The notes below the pieces were generated by a model. It worked only from the letters and a program-made list of their open reading frames with translations. It did not search any database and was not told where the DNA came from. Shown here piece by piece: positions 12,587 to 26,504 of a DNA stretch of 64,000 nt (position 1 is its first letter; each line of letters starts with the position of its first letter). Origin of the DNA: Phoronis australis (Eukaryota; Animalia; Phoronida); NCBI GenBank assembly GCA_002633005.1, contig NMRA01000040.1, forward strand, positions 927,805 to 991,804, in the 5' to 3' direction. Made by a program: the position numbers and the translations under genes.

Positions 12587-14807
12587 TATTAATATCGGGC
12601 GATGATGAATATTTTTAAAAACTAAAGTAATACGAGGCACTTTCCAAATTTTTCACTCACCGCTAAATTTTTGCGACTTTAAATGAGGGTCATACTTTTT
12701 GCTGCTGGATGGCGGTTTCTCAACCGATTGCCATGATTTTTGTTATCAAATGATTCGTGAGAAATTTTTGCATTCAACCCTGAATGTAGGCAATGACCAT
12801 TGCCTCTGCTGGCCCTGCCAGTTGAGGCGATGAAGCTCCCATAGGGGCTCCATCCCCGTAAGCTTTTTGGCGAATTATGCTGGGCACTGACTAAAGCATC
12901 AAAGTCACGTTGTTATAATTACCTTTTGCGCATAGAGGGACACCTTAGGAGGTTGTCGATGTGTTTAATTCCTTCCAACTCGAACAAATACTCCCGTTAT
13001 CAAATTTTTTCTTTGAGTAGTTCCTCGTTCAGTTCCCAAAATTGTGAACTCAACATTTTTACACTTTGCACGCTCCAATTTTTACCACACTCGCTTTGTG
13101 ATATGACTTCATGACCTCAATCTTTAATTAGGCCAAAGATGAGAAATTGCGGTCTTGTCAGTCAAATGTTTGTTTCCAAAATGCCACGGCAATGTCTTAG
13201 GGCGCCACTACTTGTCTTTAATTAATTGGCATTACTTGAAACTGTTTGATTTAATAAATTATTGTTTGTATTATTGTTTGTATTTGATAAAAATAAATGC
13301 TGTTGATATGACATTTAATAGTCTTTGTGCACATATTTGACATTTTAATGTTTAAAAGGTTTTTAAGTTAGGGTTTGGATGATTCGTTTTCCAAAATTCA
13401 TTTGCAACAGGTAACAGACCAGTTTCTAGTTTTATCACATGTATTATTACTAAACGTGTTCAGTGCCAGTTTCGCTCAAAACATGATCTATCTGCCAGTT
13501 GATAAATTTTAAGTATGATCTCGTACAAAATCAACTGAACCATTTCTTTGAGTGGTCTGTAATTACAAACCCGTCACGGTGCTTGCAGACCAATGGTGAC
13601 AGGGTGATACTGACTTACAAGTTAACAGTGTTTCCCCTGGGTTTTGCAAGGAGCGTGGAGGTGAATGGCCAAAACGGGGTGCAAAGCCCGTTGCCGCACG
13701 CGAATATGAGAAATGGGATCCTCCTATTAGCTGGATTTTGAAAGGAGCGTGGTGGTGAATGCTCGACGCCGATGCGGAACCCGGCACCACATGCGAGCAT
13801 GGGATGAAGTGAGATCCTCCCGGGGGGGAGGTGGTTGGGAGAGGCCTTCCCTGCAGGCACAATTTGAAAATTAGATGTAATTGGGTGCAGTTTGCTCATA
13901 ATAGACAACATCTAGACAAGACAAGACCTTAATCCGAGCATCATGTAGTGGAGGTATCTGGGTAAAGAACACTTCGCAAGACATTTTGGCAATGAAGTGT
14001 CCGGCATAGGGTGATTTCTGTCGCACTTGAGTACAAAAACTGTGTTAAAATTCAGTTATCCACGAAGTGACAAACAGAACAAAAAATATTTGAACTTTGT
14101 AGACGTTGATACCGTCTTGCTAAACATAAATCAGTGATAGTGGATTGGCATTGGCCGGCGTAGCAGATGATGTGATAATCCAGTCCATGCAGACGAATCT
14201 GAGACTGGTTAACATTCAATGTTGTCATTTTGGTGCGGGGCTATGGTTGATTAAACAGTTGGATGTCATGCCCTGCAGTATAATTCACAATGTCTTTTGT
14301 AAACTCGGACACGATAAAAAAGAATGAAGCAGAAATCTTACTGTTTCTTACTTCATTAGCGAGTCCAGGCGCTTTCCCATTTTAGAAAATTTGTATCGAA
14401 GTTGTTGCTTGGTCCCCGGCTGTATTAAGTATGTATGCATTGTCGGATAACCAGGCAGAAATGAGGTACGAAAGGAGATTGGGGATTGAATGACTGTGTT
14501 TAACGGGGACACAATTCAAGATCCCATTGTAAAATTATTATTTTTCCCTTTCGATCCACAAACAGCAAAAGGTGCCGTGTACTTATACTAATTCATAATT
14601 ACTAGCGATCATTAGTATGTTGCTCTGCCATCAAGTTCGTTTTTTTGTTCGCACTCTACAGGTTGCAATTTTCATCCTATCTGCACGAAATTTGCACACG
14701 ACATGTAGATAAGAAAGTTCTGGAAGCCTATTGTTTTTGGTCATGATCGGATTCAAAATGGCGGACGTGACGGCCATTTTGTTTCCGGTTTCAGATTCAA
14801 ATGCTCA

Positions 14808-16086
14808 TAGAGGTCACAATTTTTGACAATAAGGCTGAAACTTGGTACGATTATTATAGAACACATATAGTACAACTGTGCTGAAAAATGTTGACTTCCG
14901 GTCAAAGATGGCGGAAATATTGACAATGGCGCATGCGCACCTCGATATCTGGCCAAAAACGTTTTCTCCTGTAGAGGGCGCATTGGCGAACCAATCACTT
15001 TCAAACTGTTTACGTGTTTGTTGCTAGTGATCAGCTTTTATAAAATTTTGTTTAACCGGAAGTCACTTTCAAGATAGCGGCTCTGGCGCATTTTCACCAT
15101 TTTCAATCGTTCTGCTGTCGCATTTTTAATGTGAAGAGCAAATGACGTGAATTTTTGCGTGTGGATTCCTTGAAGTATGATCTTTCAAAAGTTCTGGGTA
15201 ACGGTTTTCTCACAACTACCGTTTTCGAGTTATTTGACTTTGAATTTCAAAAAACGCAAAATTTCAATTTTTCGAAAAATTTATGGAATGTTGCGGAACT
15301 ATCAACCTAGATAGAGTTTTTTTGACGCGCTTCCACAAGATGTTTTCCATTTTTTGCTACGACGTCTACTTTTTGAATTATTCGAGATTTTGTGAAAGCG
15401 CTGTTCCTTTGTTGACAGCTCTTGCTGCACTGATGTTGGTTTAGCTTCTGTGGAACAAGACCATGAAGACATTGCTCGTAGAGGCCGCATGTTTCGACGT
15501 GCAGGGCTGAAAGTTGGTACGATTTTTATAGCACACAAGCACTACAACGGCTCCGTTAATCTTTAACTTCCGGTCAAAGATGGCGGAAATATTGGCAATG
15601 ACGCATGCGCACCTCGATAACTGGCCGAAAACGTTTTCTCCTGTAGAGGGCGCATTGGCGAACTAATCATTTTCAAAATGGTCACGTGTTTGTTGCTTTT
15701 GATCAGTTTTTATAAAATTTTTTTAAACTGGAAGTCACTTTCAAGATGGTGGCCTGGCGCATTTTCACCCATTTTCAATCGTTCTGCAGTCGCATTTTGA
15801 ACGGGAAGGGCAAATGACGTGAATTTTTGCATGTGGATTCCTGGAAGTATGCTCTTTCAATAGTTCTGCGATAACATTTTTCTTAGACTTACCCTTTTCG
15901 AGTAATTTGTTTTTAAATTTCAAAAAAAGCAAAATTTCAAATTTTCCCAAAAATTTTTGGAATGTTGCAAAACTGCCAAGTTACATAGAGTTTTGAACGA
16001 ACTTTCAAAAGAGATTTTCAATTTGTCGCTAGGACGTCTACTTTTTGAATTATTTGAGTTTCTGAAAACGCTGTTCCTTTGTTGAC
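14808..16086 (+). repeat. Tandem dimer of a ~672-bp unit, probably the interior of a non-autonomous (HINE-like) element
   Basis: ACTTCCGGTCAAAGATGGCGGAAATATTG at ~14894 and ~15566; CGCTGTTCCTTTGTTGAC at ~15399 and ~16069; units align along their length. Confidence 0.8.
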
Positions 16087-17993
16087 CGATTTTGCTGTTC
16101 GCCAAGTGTCGCTCAAGACTGTAGCCTATTTACTGATTTCTCACATCCTCTCTAGTCACATGAGTGTTATAGTGTTGCTCATAATCGCCACCTTTATCAT
16201 CACAATCATCGTCGTTCATTTCGCCTATTGTTGCTCAAGATTGTAGGTAGCACTGAACAGTCACGACACGGCCACGGGGCATTTTCTAGTGACAGTCAGG
16301 CAGCGGCCACGGGGCATTTTCTAGAGCCTGAAATTTATATACAGGGCGTATGTCAGGTTTGGCTCGTTGTTCGAGGAATCTGTTGTAAACAGATGCCAGG
16401 AAACTGATTTATTTGTGTTTTTGAATGAGAAAAGCCAAGTTTTTACCTAGTTTTGATGAAAACCGGTGGCTGGCATTTGCTATCAACCTCTATCGTCTGC
16501 CGTCCGCGAAACCGGGTGCGTGAACAAGACTGCAGGCTATTTCTTACGGATTTGTTCGCTAGTCACATGAATGTTATCGTGTTGTTCATAATCTCCGCCT
16601 TCATCGTCATGATTGTCGTCGTCCTCCTCCCCATTGTCCTGTTTTTGCGTAATTTCGCCAAGTGTCGCTCCACTGAGCGCTCTCGTTTTTACTTGCGATC
16701 ATTTTTACTGGCGATTTTTGTGCGGCGAAGTTTCCCCGTCACAGTAAGGTACGTGGTGGCCAAATTGAGTATGATTTATGAGTGGCGGGGCCAAAACGGA
16801 GCGTGGTGGGCCGCCCAGAAGTTTACACGCAGGGGAAACCCTGAATTAAGATATGTATACATGTTGCAGTTCAGTATTAACATGGACCGTGAGAGACATT
16901 GCATGAATTGCAACGAACCTTTTAAAAAGCCAGAAGGCGTCCTTGAAGGACATTGAAATACGGAGGCGAAACCGTAGAGACGGCGATGCGTAAAACTTAC
17001 GTATATTTGCTTCCCTCGCTAAAGACAAAAAGTCCGTTTGTGAGAAAGTGCTGTGTTTTACTTGTTTTTATTGTCTTTGGGGAATTGTTAAAGCTCAAAT
17101 AAAGCTTAAAGCGTAGAAAGAGATTTTCACATCCAAATGTCGGAACGAAACGTATCTCTTTGAAAAGGCAGAGGACGATAGAAAGGAAAAAAGAATAAGA
17201 AAACCATCGGGCGATGATCTACCGGCTAGAAAAAAACAAAGGTACTTATATGCAAAGTTGTTACTTTCTGTAAGCTTCATTTCAAGTTTCGTGTTCAAGT
17301 TACAGGCCACTGCATGAGTTCCTGTGGTGGTATTTGGCCTGCCTCAAATGAGAATGAGACCGTGTGTAGGTGAATAAACGCAATGCGCTATATTTTATTG
17401 AAATGGGCCCCAGATGCCTGTGAATGGCAAAGTGACAACTAAGCTGTTTCGCTATTTGTGATTGACGTTCGCGACAGAAATATATAAGGTAAACATCATG
17501 CACGCACCCACGGGGGCTCGAAGGAGACCCCCCATTTGGCGAAGTGAGCTAATAGGTCCGCCTCAGAGAAACAAGAAGTCCGTGAAAAACGTGACAAAAG
17601 TCCGCTAAATAGGTGCAAACACACATTTCAGAGCTCTGAACGTGATGCCCCATTTATTTAGTCCTCCCGCTTTTTGTTAGTATGAGGTCCACATCGTCAA
17701 AAAGCTAAGCCCCCCATTTTAAAAGCTTGGTGCGCGCATTAACATTGAGCTCAAAATTCAACTGTCCTGTCCAAATTCTTAACTTATCTTTCAATGTCCT
17801 GTTCGCAGTGCCACTGGAATATTCTCAATGCCTTCTTGTAATTTCAAATACCAAGTCAACACCCATGGAAATAAAACGAGGGCATGCGAAAGTTGCATGG
17901 AGAAATTTAGAAAATTGCAGTGTACCAGTTGCCGTAAGGGCGCTTTCTCGAATAAAGAGGGGCAAGGATACAATGCTCCAAATCATAATGCTT

Positions 17994-18560
17994 GATTCTC
18001 TTCAGCGCCCTATCCCATGTCCGAAGGTAAGTGAAACTGCAGCCCCCCTGTTTATTCAGGCTAGGATTCTCAATTCTCTCGTGGATAGCTTCTTTGACCC
18101 CTCTCCGAAACCAATTTTCTCTATTCAGGATCTTCACATCTTCCATGGCGAAAGAGTGGTCTGTGGAAGCCATGTGACTAAAAACTGCAGAATCATAGCA
18201 GCAGTTTTTAGTCACATGGCTTCCACAGACCACTCTTTTGCCATGGAAGATGTGAAGATCCTGGATAGAGAAAGTTGGTTTCGGACTGGGGTCAAAGAAG
18301 CTATCCACGAGAGAATTGAGAACCCTAGCCTCAATAGACAGGGGGGCTGCGGTTTCACTTACCTAAGACATGGGATAGGGCGCTGAAGAGAATCCCGCGG
18401 AAACTGTACGACAAATCACATGACAAGTCACGTGACAATTCAGTGGCCTGATGAAGTCCTCGAGAGGAGGACGCAACGTAGCCATCTCCACGTACCGTAA
18501 GTCCAGTAATAGATTTATTGATTCTTATACTATGACCCAACTGGATGACTGAAAACAGTC
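17994..18560 (+). mobile_element. Penelope-like retroelement 3' fragment (GIY-YIG C-terminus plus pseudo-LTR) with inverted 5' duplication
   Basis: AVFSHMASTDHSFAMEDVKILDRESWF..VKEAIHERIENPSLNRQGG is typical of the PLE GIY-YIG endonuclease tail. 17994-18188 is the reverse complement of 18201-18394. A hammerhead motif follows. Confidence 0.85.
18444..18484 (+). ncRNA. Minimal type I hammerhead ribozyme motif of the Penelope element (core GAAA changed to GCAA)
   Basis: TGGC-CTGATGA-A-GTCCTC-gagag-GAGGAC-GCAA-CG-TA-GCCA: stem I TGGC/GCCA, stem II GTCCTC/GAGGAC, palindromic ACGT stem III. Confidence 0.7.
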
Positions 18561-19983
18561 GTCGTGTTTACTACTTTGGTTCTGCGGTCAATGCTCTCTA
18601 AAGATTCTTAGAAATTTCTGAGAGCAAATCGTAACAGCCAATGATATGATTGGATAAGATTATGTGATTTTTATAAGTCAATCATTAAGTAAGTACATTA
18701 TTATAATTTGGGCATAAGTTTGCAAAATACTTTCTAGATGAGATTAAGTAGTTGAATCTATAAGACTTGCTACAGTATACAGAAAAAAGTGTATAACAGA
18801 GCCATTTCATGGAAGATTCTAAAAAAATCTTGGCAAGGACAAGGGTTAATGAACAGGAAGTTAACTAAGAGCTTGTCACTTGCATCGTGGGTAGAAAGAT
18901 ACAGCCTAGAGACTGTGACCACTAAGAGGAATCATGGGTAGAATATACTGCTTGCAAGCATTGTGTCACGAGAGACTGTGACCAGCAAGAGGGATCATGG
19001 GTAGGTTAGATACTGATCATTAAGTACACTGTTGTAGTACAGTGTGTGTTAGTTCACCAACATGACTGTCATCTAACAATTAAGTGTCGAGTCCTACAGC
19101 TTGGTAGCAGAAAAGATGTTTGATTATTGATAGTTAATGGATTGAAGTAATCCTTACAGAAGGTGCTAGCATTGTTACTCTTCTTCATTATTAGATTATT
19201 TAATTAACAACAGGTTTCACTTGTTTTGATTAGTGGTTCTCATATAATAATTGCTGGATTTGATCATTCTGTCTCCATCTACACACAATCTCAAAGCACA
19301 GCTACCTATTAAGCAGTCAACTTCTGACAAGGTTCTGTTAAGTCAATATTCCACTACTGGATGGCGTCATCATGCATACATAACACCGATGACAATGATT
19401 TTCAGACCGATATGGGGCAATTTTATGTTTTTTACGTTTACCTCTTTAGCTTTAGAGTTCCTTGATGGATTTTGATGAAATTTAAGAATAGCTTTCTATG
19501 AAAGAGATGATGATGCTTTCCCATTTTCAGGCAGATTTGACATATTCTGCGCCACCTGGTGGCCATTGAAAAAAGTTTTTAATATGTTTTTGACGTCTGC
19601 CTCAAAGTCTGACAAACCACTCGAAGGAGCATTATGAAACTTGGCAGATGTATTCCTGACTGCAAGATCACAGCTGATGTTGATTTTTGGACGGGTTTCG
19701 AATCCATTTTTGGTGTCTGCCTCTGCCAGTGTATCCCTCAAACTGATGACAGGATTGTTGTAAAACTTGTTCTTGATGAGGGGATCATGGCTGGCGTTGA
19801 TTTTCCGACAAGGCTGAAGATTGTGGCCTCCCCTAATGTTGGTTTTGTTGTTTTTATGTCCATGACTTTAACTCCTGATTCCTTTGCAGGATCTTTGTAA
19901 ACTTTTGCGGGTGTTTTCTTATTAATGTGGCAACAGCTGCCTACAACTTTTTGGATACCTGTGTTTCGTACTGACAGTTTTAG

Positions 19984-22012
19984 TTTTTATGCGCCCACAT
20001 ATTTATATGTGGTCACATATTGCCGTCATCTCTGTCTGGGTGTCCGGCGTCGGCAGCTGTATAGATCTCCTAAACCCCTCACAGGATCTTGACGAGATTT
20101 GGCAGATATGTTCCTATGAAGCTGACGATGGACGACAACGAAGAATTTCAGACATCTCCGACTACCGGTGTGCCTTCTAGTGGCAATTATAGTTTTGTAC
20201 ACTTACCTCTATCTTTGGAGGTCCTCAATGGATTTCATAAACTTTGGCAGTTAGACATATATTAGTGAGGTGATGCCATCCTCCTGTTTTCGGACGGATT
20301 CAAGGTACTTTGCACCACCTAGTGGCTATTTTTACTGTTTTGAGTCTGTTTTTTGGCGTCAACCAAACTGCTCTAGGGATGATTTTGAGAATTGGCATAC
20401 TCATAATTATGTTCTTACTGCGAAGAGAGCGACTGACGATGATTTTCCGACGACTTTGACTACTGTGGCACCTTCTAGTGGCAGTTTTGTTTGTTTTTGC
20501 GCTCCTAACTATATCTCCTAAACCCTCACAGGATCTTGATGAAATTTGGCAGATGTGTTCCCATGAAGCTGACGACAAATGACAAGGAATTTTGGACCTC
20601 TCCGACTACTGGTGTGCCCCATAGTGGCAATTTTAATTTTTTATGCTTACCTCTGTAGAGTTGGAGGGCCTCAACGGATTTTCATAAAATTTTGTAGTTA
20701 GGCATCTATTAGTGAAATGATGTCATCCTCCCCTTTTCGGACGGATTCGGGATAATATTGTGCCACCTAGTGGCCATTTTTACTGTTTTCGAGTCTTGTT
20801 TTTGTCGTCTGCCGTTCTATCAACCAAACTGCTCTAGGGTTGATTTTGAAAATTTCTATATGTTCTTGTGGTGTATGTGGTAATACCAGCTACCGTAACA
20901 ATTACACAAAACTCTGATCTGAAAATATCGAGTCCGACTCTTAAGGAGTTATTGATCGAGTTGTACTTAAAGAGTCCAAATGTCTCAGTTCTTACTGTGA
21001 AAAGGGCGGTTGAATATTTTCCGATGACTTGGACTATTGTGGCGCCTCCTAGTGGCAGTTGTTTGTTTTTGCGCCCGTGGGTGTATCTCCTAATAGCCTT
21101 ACAGGATCTTTATTGAATTTTGACGGTGTATTTATATGAAATTGACAACAGAGGATGACGACTTGCGGACAGATCGGGCTACCGTTGTGTCCCCGGTTGT
21201 CAATTTTAGTATTTACGTTTACCAAGTCTGTATCTTAAAAGGTCGTCAATGGATTTTTATAAAATGTGGCAGTTAGGCATCTATTAATGAGGTGACTCTA
21301 TCATCCGGTTTTCGGTAAAATTTGAGGCATTTTGTGCCTCCTTGTGGCCTTTTTTACTGTTTTCGAGTCTAATGTTATTTGGCATCAGCCTTTCTGGCAA
21401 TAAAATCACTCTAAGGATGATTGTGGAAATTAGCATGTATGTTCCTAATGTGAAGAGGAAGCCTGACGATGATTTTCCAATGACTTTATTTACTTTGGCG
21501 CCTCTTATATAAAAATAATTACAGGCGGTCTGGTACTCGTTGTACCAGACGTGCGCAGGCTGCACATGTGGGCCCATTCAGCACTGATCACCGGGAAATA
21601 TTTTTGTGGTTTATTAATATATAGTTGAAACTGAGCTGAAGAGCTAGTAACCTGACTCAAGGGTCTAGCAGTGTGGCCCAGTGGGACTCGAACCCACGAA
21701 CTCGAGTACTGAAGGCAGGCATCATCACACTAGGCCACACTGCTTCCTAGTGGCAGTTATGTTTTGTTTTGCGCTTATAGCCTCTTAGTGGCAATTTCAT
21801 TTTTTTGTTTTCCTCTGTTTAATCAGAAGTTCCTTGACGAATTTTTATGAAATTTGGTAAATAGGTTTGATAGCACACACAAGGTTTCAGATTGATTCGA
21901 CATATTTTGTGCCATCTAGGAGCCATTCATTGTGTTTCAATTAAACACGCCTAGAAGCACATCGTTAGCATTGCATTCGTGGGTGCATTTCAAGGCTCTG
22001 CATTGCTCTTCT
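19984..22012 (+). mobile_element. Helentron-associated non-autonomous element (HINE/DINE-1-like) with internal tandem array
   Basis: Starts TTTTTATGCGCCCACATAT..ATATGTGG (subTIR plus hairpin), then a GTCY-like tract and ~450-bp higher-order repeats. Ends GTGGGTGCAT (inverted subTIR), short hairpin, GCTCTT. A more decayed piece lies at ~19380-19960. Confidence 0.8.
21506..21747 (-). mobile_element. tRNA-derived SINE inserted in the HINE
   Basis: Minus strand GGAAGCAGTG-TGGCCTAGTGTG (A box) ... GGTTCGAGTCCC (B box), then CCCTTGAG core and an AT-rich tail. It splits the HINE motif tggcgcctc|tagtggcag. Confidence 0.75.
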
Positions 22013-22973
22013 TATGTTTGTCTCTGAATCGTTGGGGTTACTAGGTGGATTTTCATGAAATTTGGCAAATATTTTTGCATTAGAAAAATGTTGACTTTCC
22101 AGTTTCAGATATGTTAGGTGTATATCGCATGGCCCTTTAATGATATAAAAACACCCCTAGAAGCACACTATTTGCAGTACTGTCATTCGCAGTTCACACA
22201 TTTCATCGCTCGCAGTTGCTTCGTGTTGAAATACAACAAATGCTGTTGTGTAAGCACTTGCTCTAGTTTGGTGCTATACCAGTTTTCATTCTCAACATTT
22301 ACAATAAACTTCATAAAATTACATGTTAGCTTATGTTAGACTGCAAAGTCGACATTGTTCTTACATTTTTCTCAGCCTGTTTGCAGCAGAGTTGGAATAA
22401 TTGTCATGCTCTGTTGTATAAATTACTTCTCACTGTGTTTCTCAAAAGTGTTAATAACATTTAGGTGCATTATTATGCAACTCTATCCAAGATCGTTCAT
22501 CTATTATTTCCATTTTTAATTAATTTATATTTTGAATTTTCGACAACAACTCCATTAGTTTTGAAAATACAATTAGATAGACTTTGACAGAACTCTGCCT
22601 GCCAGACTATGTCCAACTTGGATAAACATTTCATTAGAACTATTTGTCAGTTGAGTCAAACTTTTGCTGTTGTAAAATAGAATTTCTGTAGCATCTAATG
22701 TGACGTTTTTGCTGGTAGTGGCTAATGACCATACACAGTGCATTATTGCAGCCTACATGGAGCAACACGTGCTGAAATTTTGTAGAGATTCAGACAGAAT
22801 TGAAATGGGATTATAGTTGAAAAGGAGATGTCCAGTTGTGTTCGCTGAAACTTTGTTGAATTTTGTATCATTGTTCTATAACCTGCCTTGTGGAGAAGTA
22901 AACACTACCTTTGGCTGCACAACTCTGCTGCTATTGATAGAGCCAGATTCGAAGGCTGGCTGGCTGCGATTGA

Positions 22974-23189
<216 letters not shown>

Positions 23190-23371
23190 TAAGTGCCATA
23201 TTCTCTTGAATTTACCATATTTACAGTTAAGCTTCAGGCATCATACAGATGTTATTACACGAGTTATTAATTTAAAAGCTTCCAAGCCAGCTGCCTTCAT
23301 CTTGATTTTGTTCTCTTAAGCTTGTTTGTAGTTATGAGATAAGTTTCCCTTAAAGCCCCAGAGTGTACTTA

Positions 23372-24724
23372 CCATACTCGTCTGCGTTACCGCCCAGGGC
23401 ACTTAAATTGGGAATCTAAAAAAACTGGTTGGACGGTAAACCGAGCATGAGCAGTAAAAATTGAAATTTTGAAAAGTCTTGGGTTGTTGCTTACTGCACG
23501 GAGGACCGATTTTATCGTGATGGAACTACACTGACGTCGGACTTGAAGCATATCAGTTTAAAATATAGGTTGGGTGATTGAAGTAACGGACTTTGACGGC
23601 CTGTGCACACGATACAGTGGCGTTGTGATCGTGAGCGTGATTGGGTTTTTATGTACCTCATTCACTGGTCGTCATCTCTTAGAGCTAATTAGATATTTCT
23701 ACTGAAAAGCGTTCATTCAGTAGGGCAAGTTTCTTGAGAGACAAGACTGATTAAACATTGACTCTGCTGCTTAGGGAAGCACTTTATTGTGTAAAGATTT
23801 GCTTCCCACTGGTCACTTGGGCAACCAAGCAGTGCTACTGATTGACAGGTCTTCTTATTGAATACTTTGAACAATGTAACATTCTATATTACATTTTATA
23901 TTAATTTCTTTTTGAGTTGAAAGCCAAACCGATGTTGTTCAAAGCACATGCTCAACAGTCGGATGATACTACTACTACTAGGCAATAGGGGTACTCGGTC
24001 AGCTGCCAAAATAATGAAGCAAAACCACATCTTGTAAAAAGTCATCAGGTAAATCAAAAAATTTTGATGCATGTAGAACATGGACAGAATGTTCGCGTTG
24101 CGCTAATGACAAGTTGATTTTTTTGCTATTGCCTTTGCGTGGGCGCTTCCATTTGGGTGTCAGGAGTGAAAGTCATTAAAAACATGTATTTAACCAAGAC
24201 TGGAACAGCGACATAAGTTGGCTTATCACAATGGACCACGTCTTTTCTTATTTCAATGCTCAGGGTGGTTATGTTTTGTGTACTATCACGGGGAATCGGA
24301 AAGGTTGGCCACCTACATGATATCCCTGTCAAGTACTGCTTTCTGTGTAGCAAATGAAATACATTCAACAAGCGCTGTCTCAGTGATCAGTACATGCCGA
24401 CACGAGCTCCCTGCGTGAGCCAAAGGAAACAATTGTGTCTCCTTCAGTAAAGGACACTAAAATACAGGTATTGTACTGCCAGAGTAAGGCAAGGTCCCAG
24501 TTCCACTAAAACTGATTGATTGTCACAGAAAGGTAAGCGAGTTGGGCACATTTTGGAATCTTAATTTTGTGCGACGAACGTTCACAGAAGCACAGATACT
24601 TTTACGGAAGTCTTTATCATGAAAAATTGGGGGTGGGCAGTAAGCCGAGCATGGACGCTAAAAAATGAAAAATTGAAATTTTCGGGAGTGGGCGGTAAGC
24701 TGAGCATGAGCTGGATGAGTACGG
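23372..24724 (+). mobile_element. Non-autonomous Tc1/mariner-pogo (Tc2-like) element in GFUS intron
   Basis: TA|CCATACTCGTCTGCGTTACCGCCC ... GGGCGGTAAG..GGATGAGTACGG|TA; subterminal repeats GGTAAGCCGAGCATG; second copy at 1-176. Confidence 0.75.
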
Positions 24725-24944
24725 TAGTTGGATTTGATGATTTTCAGTGCAAAATAAGTTGTCTCTGCTTGCTCATTGCTCTAATACTCCAGAGGTTTGT
24801 TTCAAGTCTTGAAAAAATTTAGACATAAATTTCTTCCCAAGTTTCACGTAACTTGTTATTATGTTTGTAAATATGTAAATAGATATTAATTTAGATCCGA
24901 ATAATTGAAAAGTGGTTTATCTACGTTTATATTTCCATAACATA

Positions 24945-25800
24945 TCCGAAAACAGGAGGATAGCATCATCTCACCAATAGATGCCCGTATTTAAAATTTT
25001 ATGAAAATCTGTTGAGGACCTTTTGAAGATACAGAGGTAAACGTGAAACTAAAATTGCCACCAGGGGACGTACCAGTTGGCAGATCCAGCCCAAAATCAT
25101 CGTCATGCGTTGTCAACATCATATAAACACACTTTTTAAGTTTAGTAAAGATCCTGCAAACTGTTTAGGAGATACAGCCGTGGGTGCAACTAGGAGGCGC
25201 CACAGTAGTCGAACTCATCGGAAAATCATCCTCAGCCGTCCATTTCATAGTAAAGACATACATGCCAATTTTCACAATTATCCTGAAAGTGCTTTGGTTG
25301 ATAGAGGGGTGGATGCCAAAAAACAGACTGAAAATTGGCGTATATGTTCTCAGTGAGAAAAGGATGGTTGACGATGACGACTTTGATTACTGTGGTGTCT
25401 CCAATGGTAGTTTTGTTTTGTTTTGTTTTGTTTTGGGCATATAGGTCTATCTCCTAAACCCACTGCTGGATCTTTATTAAATTCATTAAGTGTATTTATA
25501 TGAAGCGAACAACAGACAATAAAGACTTTCCGGCAGGATCCAACGAACACTCAAGTGTTCCCTAGTGGCAATTTATTTTATTCTGTTTTTCTTTGTTTTT
25601 CTGAAGTTCCGTTACAGATTTCTATGAAATTTGGTGAATAGCTTTCTGTTAAAGAAGCTATGACATATTCAAATTTTTGGATGGGTTGTGCTTTTTTCGC
25701 CATCTAGTGGCCATTTTTATGACCCAAATGAACAACCCTAAAAGCGCACCGTTTGCGTTGCATTCGTGGGTGCATTTCAACATTCCGCGTTGCTCTTGTA
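24945..25800. mobile_element. Rearranged HINE fragments (minus-strand piece ~24945-25345 fused to plus-strand 3' end)
   Basis: Same monomer motifs as 43637-44934 in both orientations; 3' end GTGGGTGCAT..CGCGTTGCTCTTGT. Confidence 0.7.
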
Positions 25801-26072
25801 TAAGAGTGTTCTCATTAGTTTTAAATCAGGTGTTTCGTGTAATGGGCCCGAACTATTTGACCTGCACACGTCCATTGCTATTCTGGTATTGTACCGCCTG
25901 AAATGTTTTTTATCCCTTTTGTGCCATATCTATGCTTGGCGTAAAGCCCACTCCTGATTCTTAATTTTTAGATTTAGTTACCTTAGGCATTATTCCTGAT
26001 GATTAGACTTGATTTAAAAGCTGTTCAGATTACATGAACCGCATTTAGTTTAAAACATAGTATGATATGTAG

Positions 26073-26504
<432 letters not shown>

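Noticed and set aside
14000-14340. Faint piggyBac-like peptide on the minus strand
   Set aside because: Similarity too weak, and no TTAA/CCC termini found.
16453-16956. 167-aa ORF with a hydrophobic stretch
   Set aside because: Lies in a locally duplicated repeat-like segment; no family motif.
18580-19250. Possible decayed LTR with HSE-like words and a short ~63-bp tandem repeat
   Set aside because: No TG..CA termini or TSD could be defined.
21680-21747. tRNA gene
   Set aside because: A and B boxes are present but there is no full cloverleaf, and it continues into a SINE body.
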